Positions 63,991 to 64,000 of a stretch of DNA of 64,000 nucleotides are shown one piece after another (positions within the stretch are counted from its first letter, which is position 1; every line of letters starts with the position of its first letter). Source of the DNA: Octopus sinensis (Eukaryota); assembly GCF_006345805.1 (NCBI RefSeq), contig NC_043012.1:15376001-15440000 (forward strand), written 5' to 3'. Both the position numbers and the translations under genes were made by a program. The notes beneath the pieces were generated by a model. The model had not been told where the DNA came from. It searched no databases and worked only from the letters and a program-made list of their open reading frames with translations.

Positions 63991-64000
63991 ATCACAAACT

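Overview
AT-rich, microsatellite- and transposon-dense animal DNA. The SINE families and simple-repeat style look like octopus; this comes from recalled repeat families and is not verified. Two host genes lie on the + strand: the last coding exon of an HtrL/YibB-like gene (424-793) and a complete 10-exon polypeptide N-acetylgalactosaminyltransferase (GALNT) gene (33166-62764, 598 aa when spliced by hand, all junctions GT-AG and in phase). The rest is mobile DNA: tRNA-derived SINEs, R4/Dong, RTE and CR1-group LINE remnants, Penelope-like elements (PLEs), mariner/Tc1/maT transposons, MITEs, Helitron pieces, two ORF1-only retroelements and several long palindromes. The standout is a non-coding 5.76-kb head-to-tail array (9161-14920; about 9.6 units of about 597 bp) sitting in a (TA)n tract. 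Each unit carries, on the minus strand, a type I hammerhead ribozyme (HHR) motif with a palindromic GUAC loop III and a long 76-nt domain II, which is a retrozyme-like architecture. HHRs of the same design occur at 4087-4169 and at 18459-18540, the latter at the 3' end of a PLE that retains protein-coding sequence and is a candidate mobilising partner. No CRISPR, rRNA or genuine tRNA genes were seen. Most entries in the ORF track are microsatellite artefacts.
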